Source of the DNA: the human T2T-CHM13v2.0 reference genome, Homo sapiens
Assembly: GCA_009914755.4 (NCBI GenBank)
Contig: CP068257.2
Coordinates: 34,656,001 to 34,720,000 of the forward strand
DNA length: 64,000 nucleotides
Direction of reading: 5' to 3'
Shown piece by piece: positions 1-23,744 of this stretch. Made by a program: the position numbers and the translations under genes. Within the stretch, counting starts at the first letter, position 1. Each line of letters begins with the position of its first letter. The notes beneath the pieces are model-generated. The model was not told the origin of the DNA. It searched no databases and saw nothing but the letters and a program-made list of their open reading frames with translations.

Positions 1-360
1 ACTAAAAGAAAGTAAATTACCAAGAGAATTTCAGGTGGGACTTAGTACTGCGAGGAAAGTAAGAGTAATGTGATAAGGAGTGGCTGGTAGTGGGGCAGGG
101 CCACTGTGAGTGTTACAGAACATGTCCCCAAAGAGGTGACAGTTGTGCTGAGAGATGAAAGACAAGGGGACAGCCCTGCAGAGGTCTGGGAAGGCACTGC
201 CCCGAGGGGATTGCAGGCCTTGGCCACGGGAGTGGGCTTAGACCCAGCGACCTGAAGACCAGGACTCTGGAGCTTCATGAAAGTGGTGGGAAGAGGTCAG
301 AGAAAGGGTGGAGACTGATGAGACTGATGGTTGTCGGGCTTGGTAGAAAGCACACTAAGG

Positions 361-676
<316 letters not shown>

Positions 677-1364
677 TCATCCCACTTGCCACAGGTAGCC
701 TTAAAGTACTTAGAGCAGCCACATGTTAGTCAAACTTTAAAAACCATCACTTTGGCTGCTGTGATCAGTACAGTGTGTATTGGATGAGCACAGAAACTGG
801 AAGTCCAGGTAAAAGGATTTTGCGCTGGTTAAGGCAGAAGATGATTCTGGCTTGGAGGCAGGGTCAACAGAAAGGGACAGTTTAAATGCAGAGTCAGCAG
901 GATTTGCTGATGGATCGGATGTAGTTATTTTAGAAAATGCAGCCAAGGATGACAGGTTTTTGGCTTAAGCAATTTACCAAGGTGGAAAAAACAGAAGAAA
1001 AAACATTTCGTAGAGAAAAATTGAGCTTGATTTTGCACATGTTAAGTCGGAAATGATGGAAAAGAGAAGGACCCAGCAAAGATGATTAAGCAGTCACTGA
1101 GGTGGGTGAACCAAGAGAGCATAGAGCCTTGGAGTCTGGGAGGAGACAATGTGTCCGAAGGCCCCAGGGGCAGACACACGGTGGAGGGCCGCTGAGAAGC
1201 AAAGTGCAACAGGAAGGGGCAACAGGAGCTGACAATGTAGAATTCATCGGGGTGGGTGGTCAGGATGGTGAGGGGACACTTGAGAAACAGGTGGAGAAGA
1301 GGATGGGAATGGAGCAAGGGGAGACAGTGGAGGTCGGTAACTCTTTGAGGCTAGTTGTCCATAG

Positions 1365-1751
<387 letters not shown>

Positions 1752-1907
1752 TGACAGAACAGTACAGCAGAGAGGAAGAAATTAATTCAAGAGAGAGGAA
1801 GGATAATTAGCAGAGTCCTTGATGGCCACAGGGCCAGGATTGGGATCATAAATGGAATTATTGTTATTTGATAGGAGTCAGGAACATATCTATTAAAACA
1901 GGAGATG

Positions 1908-2198
1908 AGGCTGGGCACAGTGGCTCACGCCTGTAATCCCAGCACTTTGGGAGGCTGAGGCTAGCAGTTTGCTTGAGCCCAGGAGTTCGAGACCAGCCTG
2001 GACAACACAGTGAAAAATCCCCATCTCTACAAAAATTACAGCCTGTAGTAATGGGACCTGTAGTTCCAGCTTCTGAGGAGGCTGAGGTGGGAAGATCACT
2101 TGAGTCCAGGAGGCGGAGGCTGCAGTGAGCCAAGATTGCACCACTGTACTCCAGCCTGGGCAACAAAGCGAGAACTTGTCTCAAAAAAAAAAAAAAAA
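1908..2198 (+). mobile_element. Alu
   Basis: ggctgggcacagtggctcacgcctgtaatccc … poly-A at 2183-2198. Confidence 0.9.
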
Positions 2199-2812
2199 GA
2201 ATTATGTTGGAGAGTGGGAAAGCCAGCACCCCACCTGGGAACATGTGGTAGCATCAAGTCCCTTGAGAGATTCATGGTCATGACATAAAGTAAGATCAGT
2301 TGCTTGGTGGTCTGGTTTGCTCTGGAACATTTAGCTACACATAACTACGTAGACAGATCATTGGGTGTACCCAGCAGTGCATTCTTCTAGGTGAGTCCTT
2401 CCGAGGGAAAGAAGCAAAGGAGTGAAGGGTAGATGACTGACCCTGGGTGTGGGTGGGAGGTGAGGACCTGTAGCAGCTGCTGGGTAGTTAGGCAGTAGGA
2501 CTCAGGGACTGGAAAGCTGTCCTAGGATGCAGGAAAATGCCAGAGGGGTGGTCAGAGGAGGATGCTGGAAACGGAGATTTGAGAAGCTGGTGAGGTCAAG
2601 GGTATGACAGTGGTGGAGCTGGAGCGGAGTCGGGGATGGTTAGAAGAGAAGAAGGCCAGGGGCTTAGAGGCTGGGATGTAGGAGGGAGCATCCAAAGGGG
2701 TCGTGCAGTTTCAAGAACGATGATGAGAATGGAAATGGAGAGGATGTTAGTGAGTTAGTGCTAATTTATTTGATCAAAATATCCAGATTCTTAGTTGTTG
2801 AAACTGAATGTT

Positions 2813-3460
<648 letters not shown>

Positions 3461-3585
3461 TCATATGGACACAATTGGTATGAAAGGCGGGAGCTGATGG
3501 CTCACATTCATGCAGGGCTTTTGGGGACAGTAAATGGTGACCCATCCATCATAGTTAACATACAAATGGCTCTTTCTGTTCACAG

Positions 3586-3665
3586 ATGCTGCTGCAGCTT
3601 CAGCAATGGTGTCTTCATCCGCCCCGTCGGTGTACAGCGTGCAAGCCCTCTCTCTCCTGGCAGAG
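3586..3665 (+). CDS. DOP1B: DOP1B coding exon (…[27 protein letters not shown])
   Basis: Acceptor tctttctgttcacAG at 3584-3585 and donor GTAAAT at 3666. The exon is open, starts in phase 1, and ends in phase 0, which fits the next exon. The gene assignment is from the locus position. Confidence 0.55.
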
Positions 3666-3704
3666 GTAAATACACACCTGACCTGTCGTCCTTTATGGAA
3701 ATGA

Positions 3705-4146
<442 letters not shown>

Positions 4147-4149
4147 TAA

Positions 4150-4648
<499 letters not shown>

Positions 4649-4772
4649 GTAACGTCATCTTCGCCATTTCTTCCCACCCATATGCAGAAAAATATGTTTT
4701 CACAAATGAATCAAGTAGTTTTCCTTGGACAGTCCTTGACCTTGACCCTTCTCTCTTCCCACTCCCACTCAG

Positions 4773-4919
4773 TGCCTACAATGCTCCCAGCTTCCGGGCT
4801 GGCGCTCAGCTGCTGAGCTCCCTGAGTGGCTATGCCTACACAAAGCGAGCCTGGAGGAAGGAGGTCCTGGAGCTGTTTCTCGACCCCGCTTTCTTTCAGA
4901 TGGATACTTCCTGTGTTCA
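4773..4919 (+). CDS. DOP1B: DOP1B coding exon ([49 protein letters not shown])
   Basis: Acceptor ctcccactcAG and donor GTAAGA at 4920. The frame matches ORF-track entry 4621..4923. The exon ends with a CA overhang. Confidence 0.7.
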
Positions 4920-5079
4920 GTAAGATATGCTGTCCTGATAACAACGTGCTCTGAATCTTCAGGTGGAAATGGCATTTTGGTTTACAGAATTCTCATTCCT
5001 GAAATAGAAGCAGAGCCATAGGATCAACCCAAATAACAGGACGTCCCTGTCACAGGCTCGCATGTTGACCATGTGTTCA

Positions 5080-5448
<369 letters not shown>

Positions 5449-5692
5449 AGAACTTGGGGTTCCAGTGATACTTGTTCTATCTAATACTGCTTTGTCTTGT
5501 AATCACAAAATAATTGGCCAGTGTTAAGATGACAGAGCCCACTGGGTGACCCTGGGGGTGTCTTTACCCCACTTCTCGGCTGATACTCCACAAGTTCTTA
5601 CTGAGATCTTGCAGCAGCCAAGCAGAGATCCACTGAGACTCAGATGCAAGATGTGCTCCTGGGCCTTTTCCTGAGATAAAGAAAATCACTCA

Positions 5693-6023
<331 letters not shown>

Positions 6024-6437
6024 TTATTAATGACAGGAAGGCTTAGCGATAGAGGGTAGAGATTGGGAACCCTTTTTGTATGGCATGAAAGCATGGCCAC
6101 CCCCAGAGGGCTGCTGGTGGCCCTGTGGCCTCCCTCCACGTGATCTTGTTGCTCTGCTGGGGTAGCTCATTTGGAAAGAAAAGCTAAGGGTGGTATTTGT
6201 CTTCACTATCCCACTCTTTTCATCAACACAACTGTGTGAATATCATCCTGTATGAACATATTTAAGAATAACCCTTGAAAAAGCCAGAGTGCCTTGTCAG
6301 TTTGTTTCTTTGTGGTAAACTGGAAAAAGTCATCATTCATTCCCTATGTTAGGGTTATAAATGAAAAGCTTTTTCGTAGCTTTCTTTTATATGTAAACTA
6401 TTTATTTCTATCACTAACCTCTTTTCAGAAAGCAGTT

Positions 6438-6739
<302 letters not shown>

Positions 6740-6848
6740 AGAAAGCAGTTTTTAATATATCTTAAGAGGATATGTTATTTTCTTAATGTTTTGAATCAAA
6801 CTATCATCCACTGCAAATTTAATTGATTTTGCTTTCTTTAATATCCAG

Positions 6849-6910
6849 TTGGAAGTCCATTATTGACCATCTTTTGACTCATGAGAAAACAATGTTTAAG
6901 GATTTAATGA
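6849..6910 (+). CDS. DOP1B: DOP1B coding exon ([21 protein letters not shown])
   Basis: Acceptor tttctttaatatccAG and donor GTAAGT at 6911. The first T completes CA|T = His. The exon ends with a 1-nt overhang, which matches the next exon. Confidence 0.65.
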
Positions 6911-7285
6911 GTAAGTTCTGTGTTACTTTTGCATAACTCACACTTGATAGGATCAATGCCAATATAACCAGCTTTCATCATGTATTTCCGAACCCTACTC
7001 ACACTTTCATGGTGCTGTCTACGCCACAAAGACTGTAATGTGATGTTCATAATATGGCAGGACTAAATCAATGAGTCTTTTCCAGTTGCAATTTATTGAC
7101 AAGAACGCCACGACAACCTTTTTCATAGTTTTATAGTGGAGAAATACTGCCGAAAGCATCCAGCTTCACATCTTGACATTTGTGCTGAAAGTAATAAGTT
7201 TCTATAATTTACTAGGAGGACTTTTCTACACCTCAGATCCCTTCTCATGCACTATCATTAAGTATCATTAAAGAAATAAGTATTG

Positions 7286-7916
<631 letters not shown>

Positions 7917-8046
7917 TCATGTCCTTACTTAATAAAGATCATGATTTTTCACCAGGGAATATAGAATTACACTAGTATGAATTTCCCATCACTTCCCTCC
8001 AATTGTGGTTTTCTCACTAAGTAAAACATTGCTGTATTTATTCTAG

Positions 8047-8175
8047 ACATGCAGAGCAGTTCTTTGAAACTATTCTCAAGTTTTGAACAGAAAGCCATGC
8101 TGTTAAAGCGCCAGGCTTTTGCTGTCTTCAGTGGAGAACTTGATCAATACCACCTTTACCTTCCACTGATACAAG
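8047..8175 (+). CDS. DOP1B: DOP1B coding exon ([43 protein letters not shown])
   Basis: Acceptor tttattctAG and donor GTAAGA at 8176. Only one frame is open, and it is the frame fixed by the flanking exons. Confidence 0.7.
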
Positions 8176-8184
8176 GTAAGACAG

Positions 8185-8540
8185 CTGTCTTAGTCTGTTT
8201 TTTGCTGTTATAACAGAATACCTGAGACTGGGGAATTTATAAAAACAGAAATTTATTGCCTCACAGTTCTGGAGGCTGAGAAGTCCTATATCCAGGGCTG
8301 GCGTCTGGCAAGGGCCTTCTTGCTGCAACATCCTATGGCAGAAGGTGGAAAGGCAAAAGAGCAAGAGGGGGCTGAACCTGCCCTTTTATTACAGTACCAA
8401 TCCCATCCATGATGTGGCCTAATCACCTCTTAAAGGCCCCACTTCCCGATAACATTACATTTACAATAAAATTTGAGCATGCATTTTGGACAGGACAAAC
8501 ATTCAAACCACAGCAACAGCTGACCTGCCCTCACTGCCCC
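8185..8540 (-). mobile_element. MaLR-like solo LTR (MST/MLT/THE-related) immediately downstream of a DOP1B exon
   Basis: tgtcttagtctgttttttgctgttataacagaatacctgagactggggaatttataaaaacagaaatttattgcctcacagttctggaggctgagaag … caaacattcaaaccacagca. The 5' and 3' signature blocks are like those of the THE1 LTR at 23926. Family assignment is uncertain. Confidence 0.5.
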
Positions 8541-8702
8541 CACACACAGATAGACCCATGAGGGGCTGAGATGATTAAGTACTAGAGGGGTCTACTGCGT
8601 GCTTTGGCATGATTGTCACTTGTTAAAACAAGTATTCTGCAGAGTTATAGAACTTCAGAAGTATATTGGTAAATCTGAAACTTTATTTTAAAATCAATTA
8701 TA

Positions 8703-9034
<332 letters not shown>

Positions 9035-9259
9035 TTAAAAGTCTGACCACAGTATAGGAATAATACTTCCTCAGCACTGTCTCTTGCTAGAGTCCTCCTG
9101 CAGTCAAGGTACTCGGTGTTTACAGTACTCCCTTAATCAGCACCTTCAGCTGAGGCCAGGGAAGGGGCAAGATTTTGGAGAAGGATCTAATTTTTCCTTA
9201 ACAATTTTTTTTTCATCCCCACTACATTCTTTGACTGCATCAAAAATAATTATTGCTGA

Positions 9260-9548
9260 CTGGGCACGGTGGCTCACGCCTGTAATCCCAGCACTTTCAG
9301 AGGCCAAGGCGGGTGGATCTCTTGAGGTCAGGAGTTTGACATCAGCCTGCCCAATGTGGTAAAACCCCATCTCTACTAAAAATACAAAAATTAGCCTGGT
9401 GTGGTGACTCATGCCTATAATCCCAGCTACTGGGGAGGCAGAAGCAGGAGAATCGCTTGAACCTGGTAGGCACTGAGCCGAGATTGTGCCACTGCACTCC
9501 AGCCTGGGTGGCAGAGAGAGACTCCATTGCAAAAATAAATAAATAAAT
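9260..9548 (+). mobile_element. Alu
   Basis: gactgggcacggtggctcacgcctgtaatcccagcactttcagaggccaagg … (aaat)n tail. Confidence 0.9.
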
Positions 9549-9644
9549 TGTTATTATTATTGCCAACATCGTACGTGATTGTCAGGGTTTTTTTTTTTTT
9601 TTCCTTCTCATAAAATGTTCAGGTGGCAAAGTTGACATTCTGTT

Positions 9645-9947
9645 TTGTTTTTGTTTTCATTTTGAGCCAGGGTCTCCCTCTGTCACCCAGGCTGGAGTGC
9701 AGTGGCGCAGTCTCGCCTCATTGAAACCTCCGCCTCCTAGGTTCAAGTGATTCTCCTGCCTCAGCCTCCAAGTAGCTGGGATTACAGGCACCCACCACCA
9801 TGTCCGGCTAATTTTTGAATTTTTTTAGTAGAGACAGGGTTTCACCATGTTGGCCAGGCTGGTCGCGAACTCCTGACCTCAGGTGATCTGCCCACCTTGG
9901 CCTCCCAAAGTGCTTGGATTACAGGCATGAGCCACCGCACCCAGCCG
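9645..9947 (-). mobile_element. Alu
   Basis: T-rich, gagccagggtctccctctgtcacccaggctggagtgcagtggcgc…ggattacaggcatgagccaccgcacccagcc. Confidence 0.9.
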
Positions 9948-10458
9948 GAAAGATCTTGTTTTAGTTCAAAGCATTAACAGCGTTGACTCGTTAGTCATGA
10001 TAACTTACATATGCAATAATAAAACACCTTTACACTTTAACTGACATAATTTCCGCATGTAGTGCACATAAGATTTTTACCTTGTAATATCTTGAACACT
10101 TAAGAAACATGAAAGAAAACTTTCAAATATTAACAAGTCCAGTTGGCGTGCCTTGCTTGAATAACTGTGATAGGAGGATGATTTAATCAGACGGTAACCA
10201 GGAGCACCAGTAAAGGTAATGTCAGCTCTCCAAAGACTGTGGCTAAATGCAAGGTCAGAGCTGAACTTTGTTGCCTCCCTACAAAATCTGGAGAGAAAAA
10301 GAACAACAGGAATCACCTTTTCTTTAGTTCATGTGCAGTATAGGGGAGGATTCTTTATGAACCCAACCACTAGACAGTGGCCCTAAGGGAAGCAGTAAGT
10401 CTACTTTCTCAGTGGAGGAAAATGAAAAGGAGAGCATATTGGGCAATGTACCTGATAA

Positions 10459-11189
<731 letters not shown>

Positions 11190-11329
11190 TAGCTAAATAG
11201 ACAGCATTAGGTGTATAGAAGCTAGAACCAAAAAAACAAAAAGATAGACAACATTCTGAAACAGGGGTGTGGAGAATTTGACCATGGTAGAGTTTAAACA
11301 CCCAGCAATTCTGAGAAATTATTTCTCTG

Positions 11330-11942
<613 letters not shown>

Positions 11943-12295
11943 TAAATACGCTTCGTTTTGGATAGCTCAAGTGCTATATTTCTAAAAATACTACGTGTTT
12001 TTAAAAAATAAGCCTTTTGCCCTGTTTTCATTTTTGATGAACTGACAGTTTACAGAGCACTTTCCTACATGTTGTCGTTGTCCCCAGGATGCTCGTGGAT
12101 AGGCCCAGCCCCCCTGAGTCCTGGGTTGATGGCACTCAGAGTGTCCTCTGCCAGAGCTGGGGGACACTGAACTTGCCTGGAGATGCCCTGTGGAGGGATG
12201 ATGCCCACATCTGCCTCAGAGAGGTAGATGCATCCAGAAGCTCCCAAGAAGTGTCCCATAGTAAATAGTTTGGGCCCAATTAAAAGAGGCAGGAG

Positions 12296-12607
<312 letters not shown>

Positions 12608-12759
12608 CTAACACTTCTCTCCTGGGATACCGTTTGGGGTCCTTTTCCCCGGACACTGTTGCACCATCGAGTAGCAGAGAAGGAGATGGGGAGCTGAGCA
12701 GCTCTGTATGTCTCGGCTCAGAGTGACATCAGTCTTACGTCTTTGGGGGCTGGGAAGAT

Positions 12760-12905
12760 GTAGGTGAAAGGATACGAAGGTGCAATTATGGAGGATGAGT
12801 AAGTCTAGAAAAGGCATGTACAACATGAGGACTGTCGTTAATAACACTGCATATGTACTGGGAATTTGCCAAGAGAGTAGATTTTAGGTGCTCTTACCAC
12901 AAAAA
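12760..12905 (+). mobile_element. L1 3'-end fragment
   Basis: ggtgcaattatggaggatgagtaagtctagaaaaggcatgtacaacatgaggactgtcgttaataacactgcatatgtactgggaatttgccaagagagtagattttaggtgctcttaccacaaaaaagaaag matches the conserved L1 3'-UTR terminal block. Confidence 0.6.
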
Positions 12906-12915
12906 AGAAAGGTCA

Positions 12916-13203
<288 letters not shown>

Positions 13204-13238
<35 letters not shown>
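13204..13238. repeat. (AC)n microsatellite, about 17 units, in an Alu tail
   Basis: acacacacac… run directly after the poly-A region of the Alu at 12920-13203. Confidence 0.95.
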
Positions 13239-13241
<3 letters not shown>

Positions 13242-13247
13242 CTGACT

Positions 13248-13556
<309 letters not shown>

Positions 13557-13995
13557 CTAATGTACTAATGTACTACAGCCGATCTTAGCTAGCATGACTA
13601 CCATTCAGCTGTTTGCTGTAGCAATTTGTTACATTCCTAGGAAACCTTAAGCTATGGAAGAAAAAAAAAGTCTCATTCTACAAACAAGACATTTCAGGGG
13701 AGAAGCAGGGGAGAGTGTTAGGGGCTAGAGAGTGTTATTTGAAACACTTTTCCCTCCATAGGAATGAAAGTTTTTGTCATGGCCATCAAGTTTAAACCTT
13801 ACTCAGTAAATCTGTTATATTTACTTGCTCCGCTTCCCACCCACCACCCTCAAAATATGGTGTTGTCTGCCAGCCAGTCCATATGATTGTGTAAGTCCAT
13901 TCCTCACCATGGGCTGCTTGGTTTCTGCGTCTCCTCATTCATATTCTTAAAAGAACATTGAAATGGCTGTTGGTCATCCAGTGGATTTCTGGTGA

Positions 13996-14532
<537 letters not shown>

Positions 14533-14577
14533 TAAACTGCATATTTGTGTAACATCTTTACAATCTTCTTTCCTTAG

Positions 14578-14714
14578 AACGCCTGACAGACAATCTCAGA
14601 GTTGGACAGACATCCATAGTTGCTGCTCAGATGTTTCTTTTTTTCAGAGTTTTGCTGCTAAGAATATCTCCTCAACATTTGACTTCATTGTGGCCAATAA
14701 TGGTCTCTGAATTG
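14578..14714 (+). CDS. DOP1B: DOP1B coding exon ([46 protein letters not shown])
   Basis: Acceptor ttctttccttAG and donor GTGAGT at 14715. The hydrophobic [10 protein letters not shown] segment is typical of the Dopey C-terminal region. The exon ends in phase 0. Confidence 0.75.
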
Positions 14715-14958
14715 GTGAGTACAAGTATTGTAAGTTTGAAAGCAAGGTTGGAGCTTTTTAAAATGCTTTTTCAGTAACATAACGTACTATTTCCTATGTA
14801 TCCCATTTTATCTAAATGTTATTTTTAATTAGGTTGGTAGCACATGGTTAGCTCTTGGTTAAACAGAGAATATTTTACTCTATGATCATATTTGATCTCT
14901 CACCCTGTCAGTTATTCCAACTAACTTGTACCATTTGATAATACTTACTAGTTTTTTA

Positions 14959-15215
<257 letters not shown>

Positions 15216-15320
15216 TTCATTCATTCATAAATTAATCGATTTTTAAAAATAAGTAAAAAAAAATATTTGGGTAGATTTAATCTGTCTCAGATAGTAACTT
15301 GAATGCATTTTTTTTTTCAG

Positions 15321-15376
15321 ATTCAGACATTCACACAGCTTGAAGAAGATCTAAAAGATGAAGATGAGTCATTGAG
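15321..15376 (+). CDS. DOP1B: DOP1B coding exon (IQTFTQLEEDLKDEDESL)
   Basis: Acceptor tttttttttcAG and donor GTAAGC at 15377. The exon ends with an AG overhang. Confidence 0.65.
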
Positions 15377-15609
15377 GTAAGCAGTACAAGATCTGTACAC
15401 AAGAGGAAAAGATAGTCACGATTAAAGCACGTCACTTTAGATATAGAGTTGTCTAATGTTAAATGCTGTTATCTTGAAGTACTTGTGAAAGGACCAGCTA
15501 TTCCAAAAATTTCTTAAAAAGAAAATTCTTCTGAGGGACAGGTCATAGGTGAATGGACTATAACAGATCTGAATGAATTTATAACAAGCGTTTCTTTGCA
15601 AATTTATAG

Positions 15610-15771
15610 AAGCACCAACAAAGTAAACAGAACGAAAGTTTCAGTCCCGGATGCAAATGGACCCTCAGTGGAGGAGATACCCCAGAGTGAACTCATCTTG
15701 TATTTATCAGCTTGCAAATTCTTGGACACAGCGCTTTCTTTTCCACCTGACAAGATGCCATTATTTCAAAT
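15610..15771 (+). CDS. DOP1B: DOP1B coding exon ([54 protein letters not shown])
   Basis: Acceptor aatttatAG and donor GTAAGT at 15772. The first A completes AG|A. The exon ends with an AT overhang. Confidence 0.7.
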
Positions 15772-15988
15772 GTAAGTCAGATAGGATCGTGTGTCCTTTT
15801 TGAAGTAAGAGATTTTGTTTTTTCCTTTTAAGCACTTTCACTTGTTTTTCATGTACAGTTTATGGGAAACCACCATCTGGGTTTCTAGTGACAGCTAAGC
15901 CAGCTCGGAATACCAAGTTTCAGATTACTTGCAACATCTGTGGCTCTGCAAATTTGGCTCACAGGAGTGTTTATGAATGTGTTTCTAT

Positions 15989-15989
<1 letters not shown>

Positions 15990-16031
<42 letters not shown>

Positions 16032-16032
16032 T
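15990..16032. repeat. (GT)n microsatellite, about 21 units, in a DOP1B intron
   Basis: Uninterrupted gtgtgt… run. ORF-track entry 15888..16196 reads [15 protein letters not shown]. Confidence 0.95.
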
Positions 16033-16299
16033 TTTTGCTACTGAATGCTTATAAAACAGGGCTTACCCACTGGTGCTCCTCACTGCCTTTGTGTAGACCT
16101 TTTTGTCTGTGTTTAGTTAGATACAAATGCCTTTATTTGGAGCCTGCCATCTCCGATTCACTTTGCCCCATAGGCTTATGTTTCCTGCCGGCTTAGCACA
16201 GCTGCTCATTTGTTTAATTTCATGACCAGCCCCAGAGGCTATTTCTCTCTCTCCTACCCCCACAAAGAGAGTAATCATATAGAAATGTTTGTGGTTAAA

Positions 16300-16780
16300 G
16301 AGCGGGTTCTCTTAAATGCACATTGCTAAGTGAAAGAAGCCAGTCTGAAAAGGCTACACACTGTATGATTCCAACCATGTGACATTCTGGAAAAGGCAAA
16401 ACCATGGAGACAGTAAAAAGATCAGTGGTCGCCAGGGGTTGGGGAGAGGGAGGCAGGGATGAATGGGTGAAGCACAGAGGATTTTTAGGGCAGTGAAATT
16501 ATTGCATACAGAGCTATAATGGTAGATCCATGTCATTGTCCATTTCTCCAAATCCATACAATGTACACCACCAAGAGTGAACCCTGATGTAAACTCTGGA
16601 CTTGGGAGGATAACAGTGAGTCAGTAGAGGCTCTTCAGTTTTAACAAATGTACCACTCTGGTGCAGGATGTTGATAATACGGCAGGCTTGTATGTGTGTA
16701 GGATGGGATGTACGGGAACTACTTTCTACTCCATTTTGCTGTGAACCTAAAGCTGTTCTGCAAAAGAAAGTCTTTTAGTT
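16300..16780 (+). mobile_element. L1 (L1M/L1P-type) 3'-end fragment, 5'-truncated
   Basis: tgctaagtgaaagaagccagtctgaaaaggctacacactgtatgattccaaccatgtgacattctggaaaaggcaaaaccatggagacagtaaaaagatcagtggtcgccaggggttgggg…ctgtgaacctaaagctgttctgcaaaagaaagtc is a typical mammalian L1 3' terminal region. Confidence 0.65.
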
Positions 16781-16796
16781 TTTAAAAAGCAGGTTT

Positions 16797-18127
<1,331 letters not shown>

Positions 18128-18600
18128 TGGGTTCCGATATATGTGAATGTGCATAGCAACATTATTTATAATAGGCAAGAAGTAGAGACAACCCAAATGG
18201 CCATCAGCTGATGAACAGGCAGATCATGTGACATATCCATACAGTGGAATACGGTTCAGCAACAAAAAGAATTGAAGAACTGAGACACGCTGGAATCTGG
18301 ATGAACCGGAAAATATGATGCTAAGTGAAAGCTCGAAACAAGGGAACATATAGTGTATGATTCTGCTTATATGTAATGTCCACGATGAGACAGAGTGTGG
18401 ATTAGTGGGTGCCTAGGTCTCAAGGGTATAGGGGGTTGGGGTGGTGATGGCTGAGCAGGGCAGGATTTCTTTTTGGGGTAATGAAATACTCTAAAATTGA
18501 TTGTGATAATAGACGTGCAACTCTATGAATATAATAAAAGGCATTGAGTTGTCCATATTAAATAGATACAGTATGTGAATTATATCTTAATAAAACTAAT
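18128..18600 (+). mobile_element. L1 3'-end fragment ending within about 60 bp of a DOP1B acceptor
   Basis: ccaaatggccatcagctgatgaacaggcagatcatgtgacatatccatacagtggaatacggttcagcaacaaaaagaattgaagaac…gatgctaagtgaaagctcgaaacaagg…gggtgcctaggtctcaagggtatagggggttgggg…ttatatcttaataaaactaatttt is the L1 ORF2-end and 3'UTR block. Confidence 0.65.
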
Positions 18601-18614
18601 TTTAACGACGTTGA

Positions 18615-19787
<1,173 letters not shown>

Positions 19788-19874
19788 TTAGGTTTTGCCA
19801 CATGCATGTGCTTCCCAGCCATCTCGAGCCCTCAGTAAAACCATATCATTGTTATGGGTTTGTTTTTTCTGCAG

Positions 19875-20126
19875 GAAATCAGTAGCTCTGATGAGATCAC
19901 CATGAAGAGTGAATTCCCGCTTCTGCGCCAACATTCTGTTTCCAGCATCAGGCAGTTGATGCCATTCTTCATGACTCTAAATGGTGCATTTAAGACCCAG
20001 AGACAGCTGCCTGCTGATAGCCCAGGAACTCCATTCTTGGACTTTCCTGTCACAGATAGCCCAAGGATCTTAAAACAACTGGAAGAATGCATCGAATATG
20101 ATTTTCTGGAACATCCAGAATGTTAA
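19875..20126 (+). CDS. DOP1B: DOP1B terminal coding exon ending at TAA 20124-20126 ([83 protein letters not shown])
   Basis: Acceptor tttgttttttctgcAG at 19873-19874. The exon starts in phase 0 after the previous exon. It is the same frame as ORF-track entry 19854..20126. A stop codon follows, then non-coding sequence. Confidence 0.75.
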
Positions 20127-20254
20127 CCATGTGAGAGAGAATATGTTTAATCCATGTATTGGTACTTTACTGAAAACCAGGTTATATTCTAAAGAAGAAA
20201 GAAGGCAGGATAGTGCTTTTGAACAAGCCTATTTCCATTTTGAAAGTAGATTTC

Positions 20255-20571
<317 letters not shown>

Positions 20572-20654
20572 TCAGCAACAGGACACACCTCCCTAAATGC
20601 CTTGTAATATATTTGAATCTGATTCTGCATTTCTTCCTCAATTTATGTAATGAA

Positions 20655-20660
20655 AATAAA
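20655..20660 (+). promoter_or_regulatory. DOP1B: Candidate polyadenylation signal AATAAA for DOP1B
   Basis: AATAAA hexamer about 530 nt downstream of the stop codon, in an AT-rich context. Confidence 0.3.
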
Positions 20661-20932
20661 ATTAATATATCATCTAACAGTAGCACAAAATTTGTAATAT
20701 GAAGTAAAGTATGAAGATAATGAAGAAGTTGTTTTCTTTGTTGAAGCAGTTATATGGGTCTTTCTCAGTATATTTCTCTTTTCTCTAAAAGTTTAAACTT
20801 ATTAAAAGAATGTTATTTTTAACCTTTCACACAAATGTCCTTTAAAGTGCTTATTTTGGTACTCCATTTTAAAACGAAAATACATTGTTTTCTGAGGACA
20901 ATAATTGCCCCTTACCCATTCAGCAGAGGTAA

Positions 20933-22680
<1,748 letters not shown>

Positions 22681-23095
22681 TAGGGATTTAACAGCACTCA
22701 TATCTTCATGTTCATAAAAAAGTCCTACACGCGTGATGTACGTCTAGATCTTTCCTTTTGTCACAGGATATAGCACGGTAGTTACGGATATAGTCTCCGC
22801 AGTGCCTGGGTTTGACTCAGCTTCCCCACGTACTGTCCTGCGCATATTTTGTGTCTCAGTTTCCTCATCTTTAAGGTAGGAATATCAATGGTAACTACCT
22901 CTTACGGTGGTAGCAACTAACCAGCTCTGCCACTTCTGTGATCTCTAAGCAGTTTTGATCATACACCCAGCAGTAAAAATTAAGTATCTCTCCAGCCCCA
23001 ATATCTATAAGCTGTGTGTTACATTAATTTACTTGGGTTCCAACATGTGTATTTTATAAAACAGAGGATGGGGATTTTAAAAGTATGAGGACTGG

Positions 23096-23708
<613 letters not shown>

Positions 23709-23744
23709 GAGGTCAAACAAAATTACCAGTTTGTTCTTTTTAGA

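Noticed and set aside
15990-16032. Regular short repeats that could superficially suggest a CRISPR-like array
   Set aside because: It is a plain (GT)n dinucleotide microsatellite with no spacers. The window is eukaryotic (Alu/L1/intron-exon structure), so CRISPR or other prokaryotic defence systems are not applicable.
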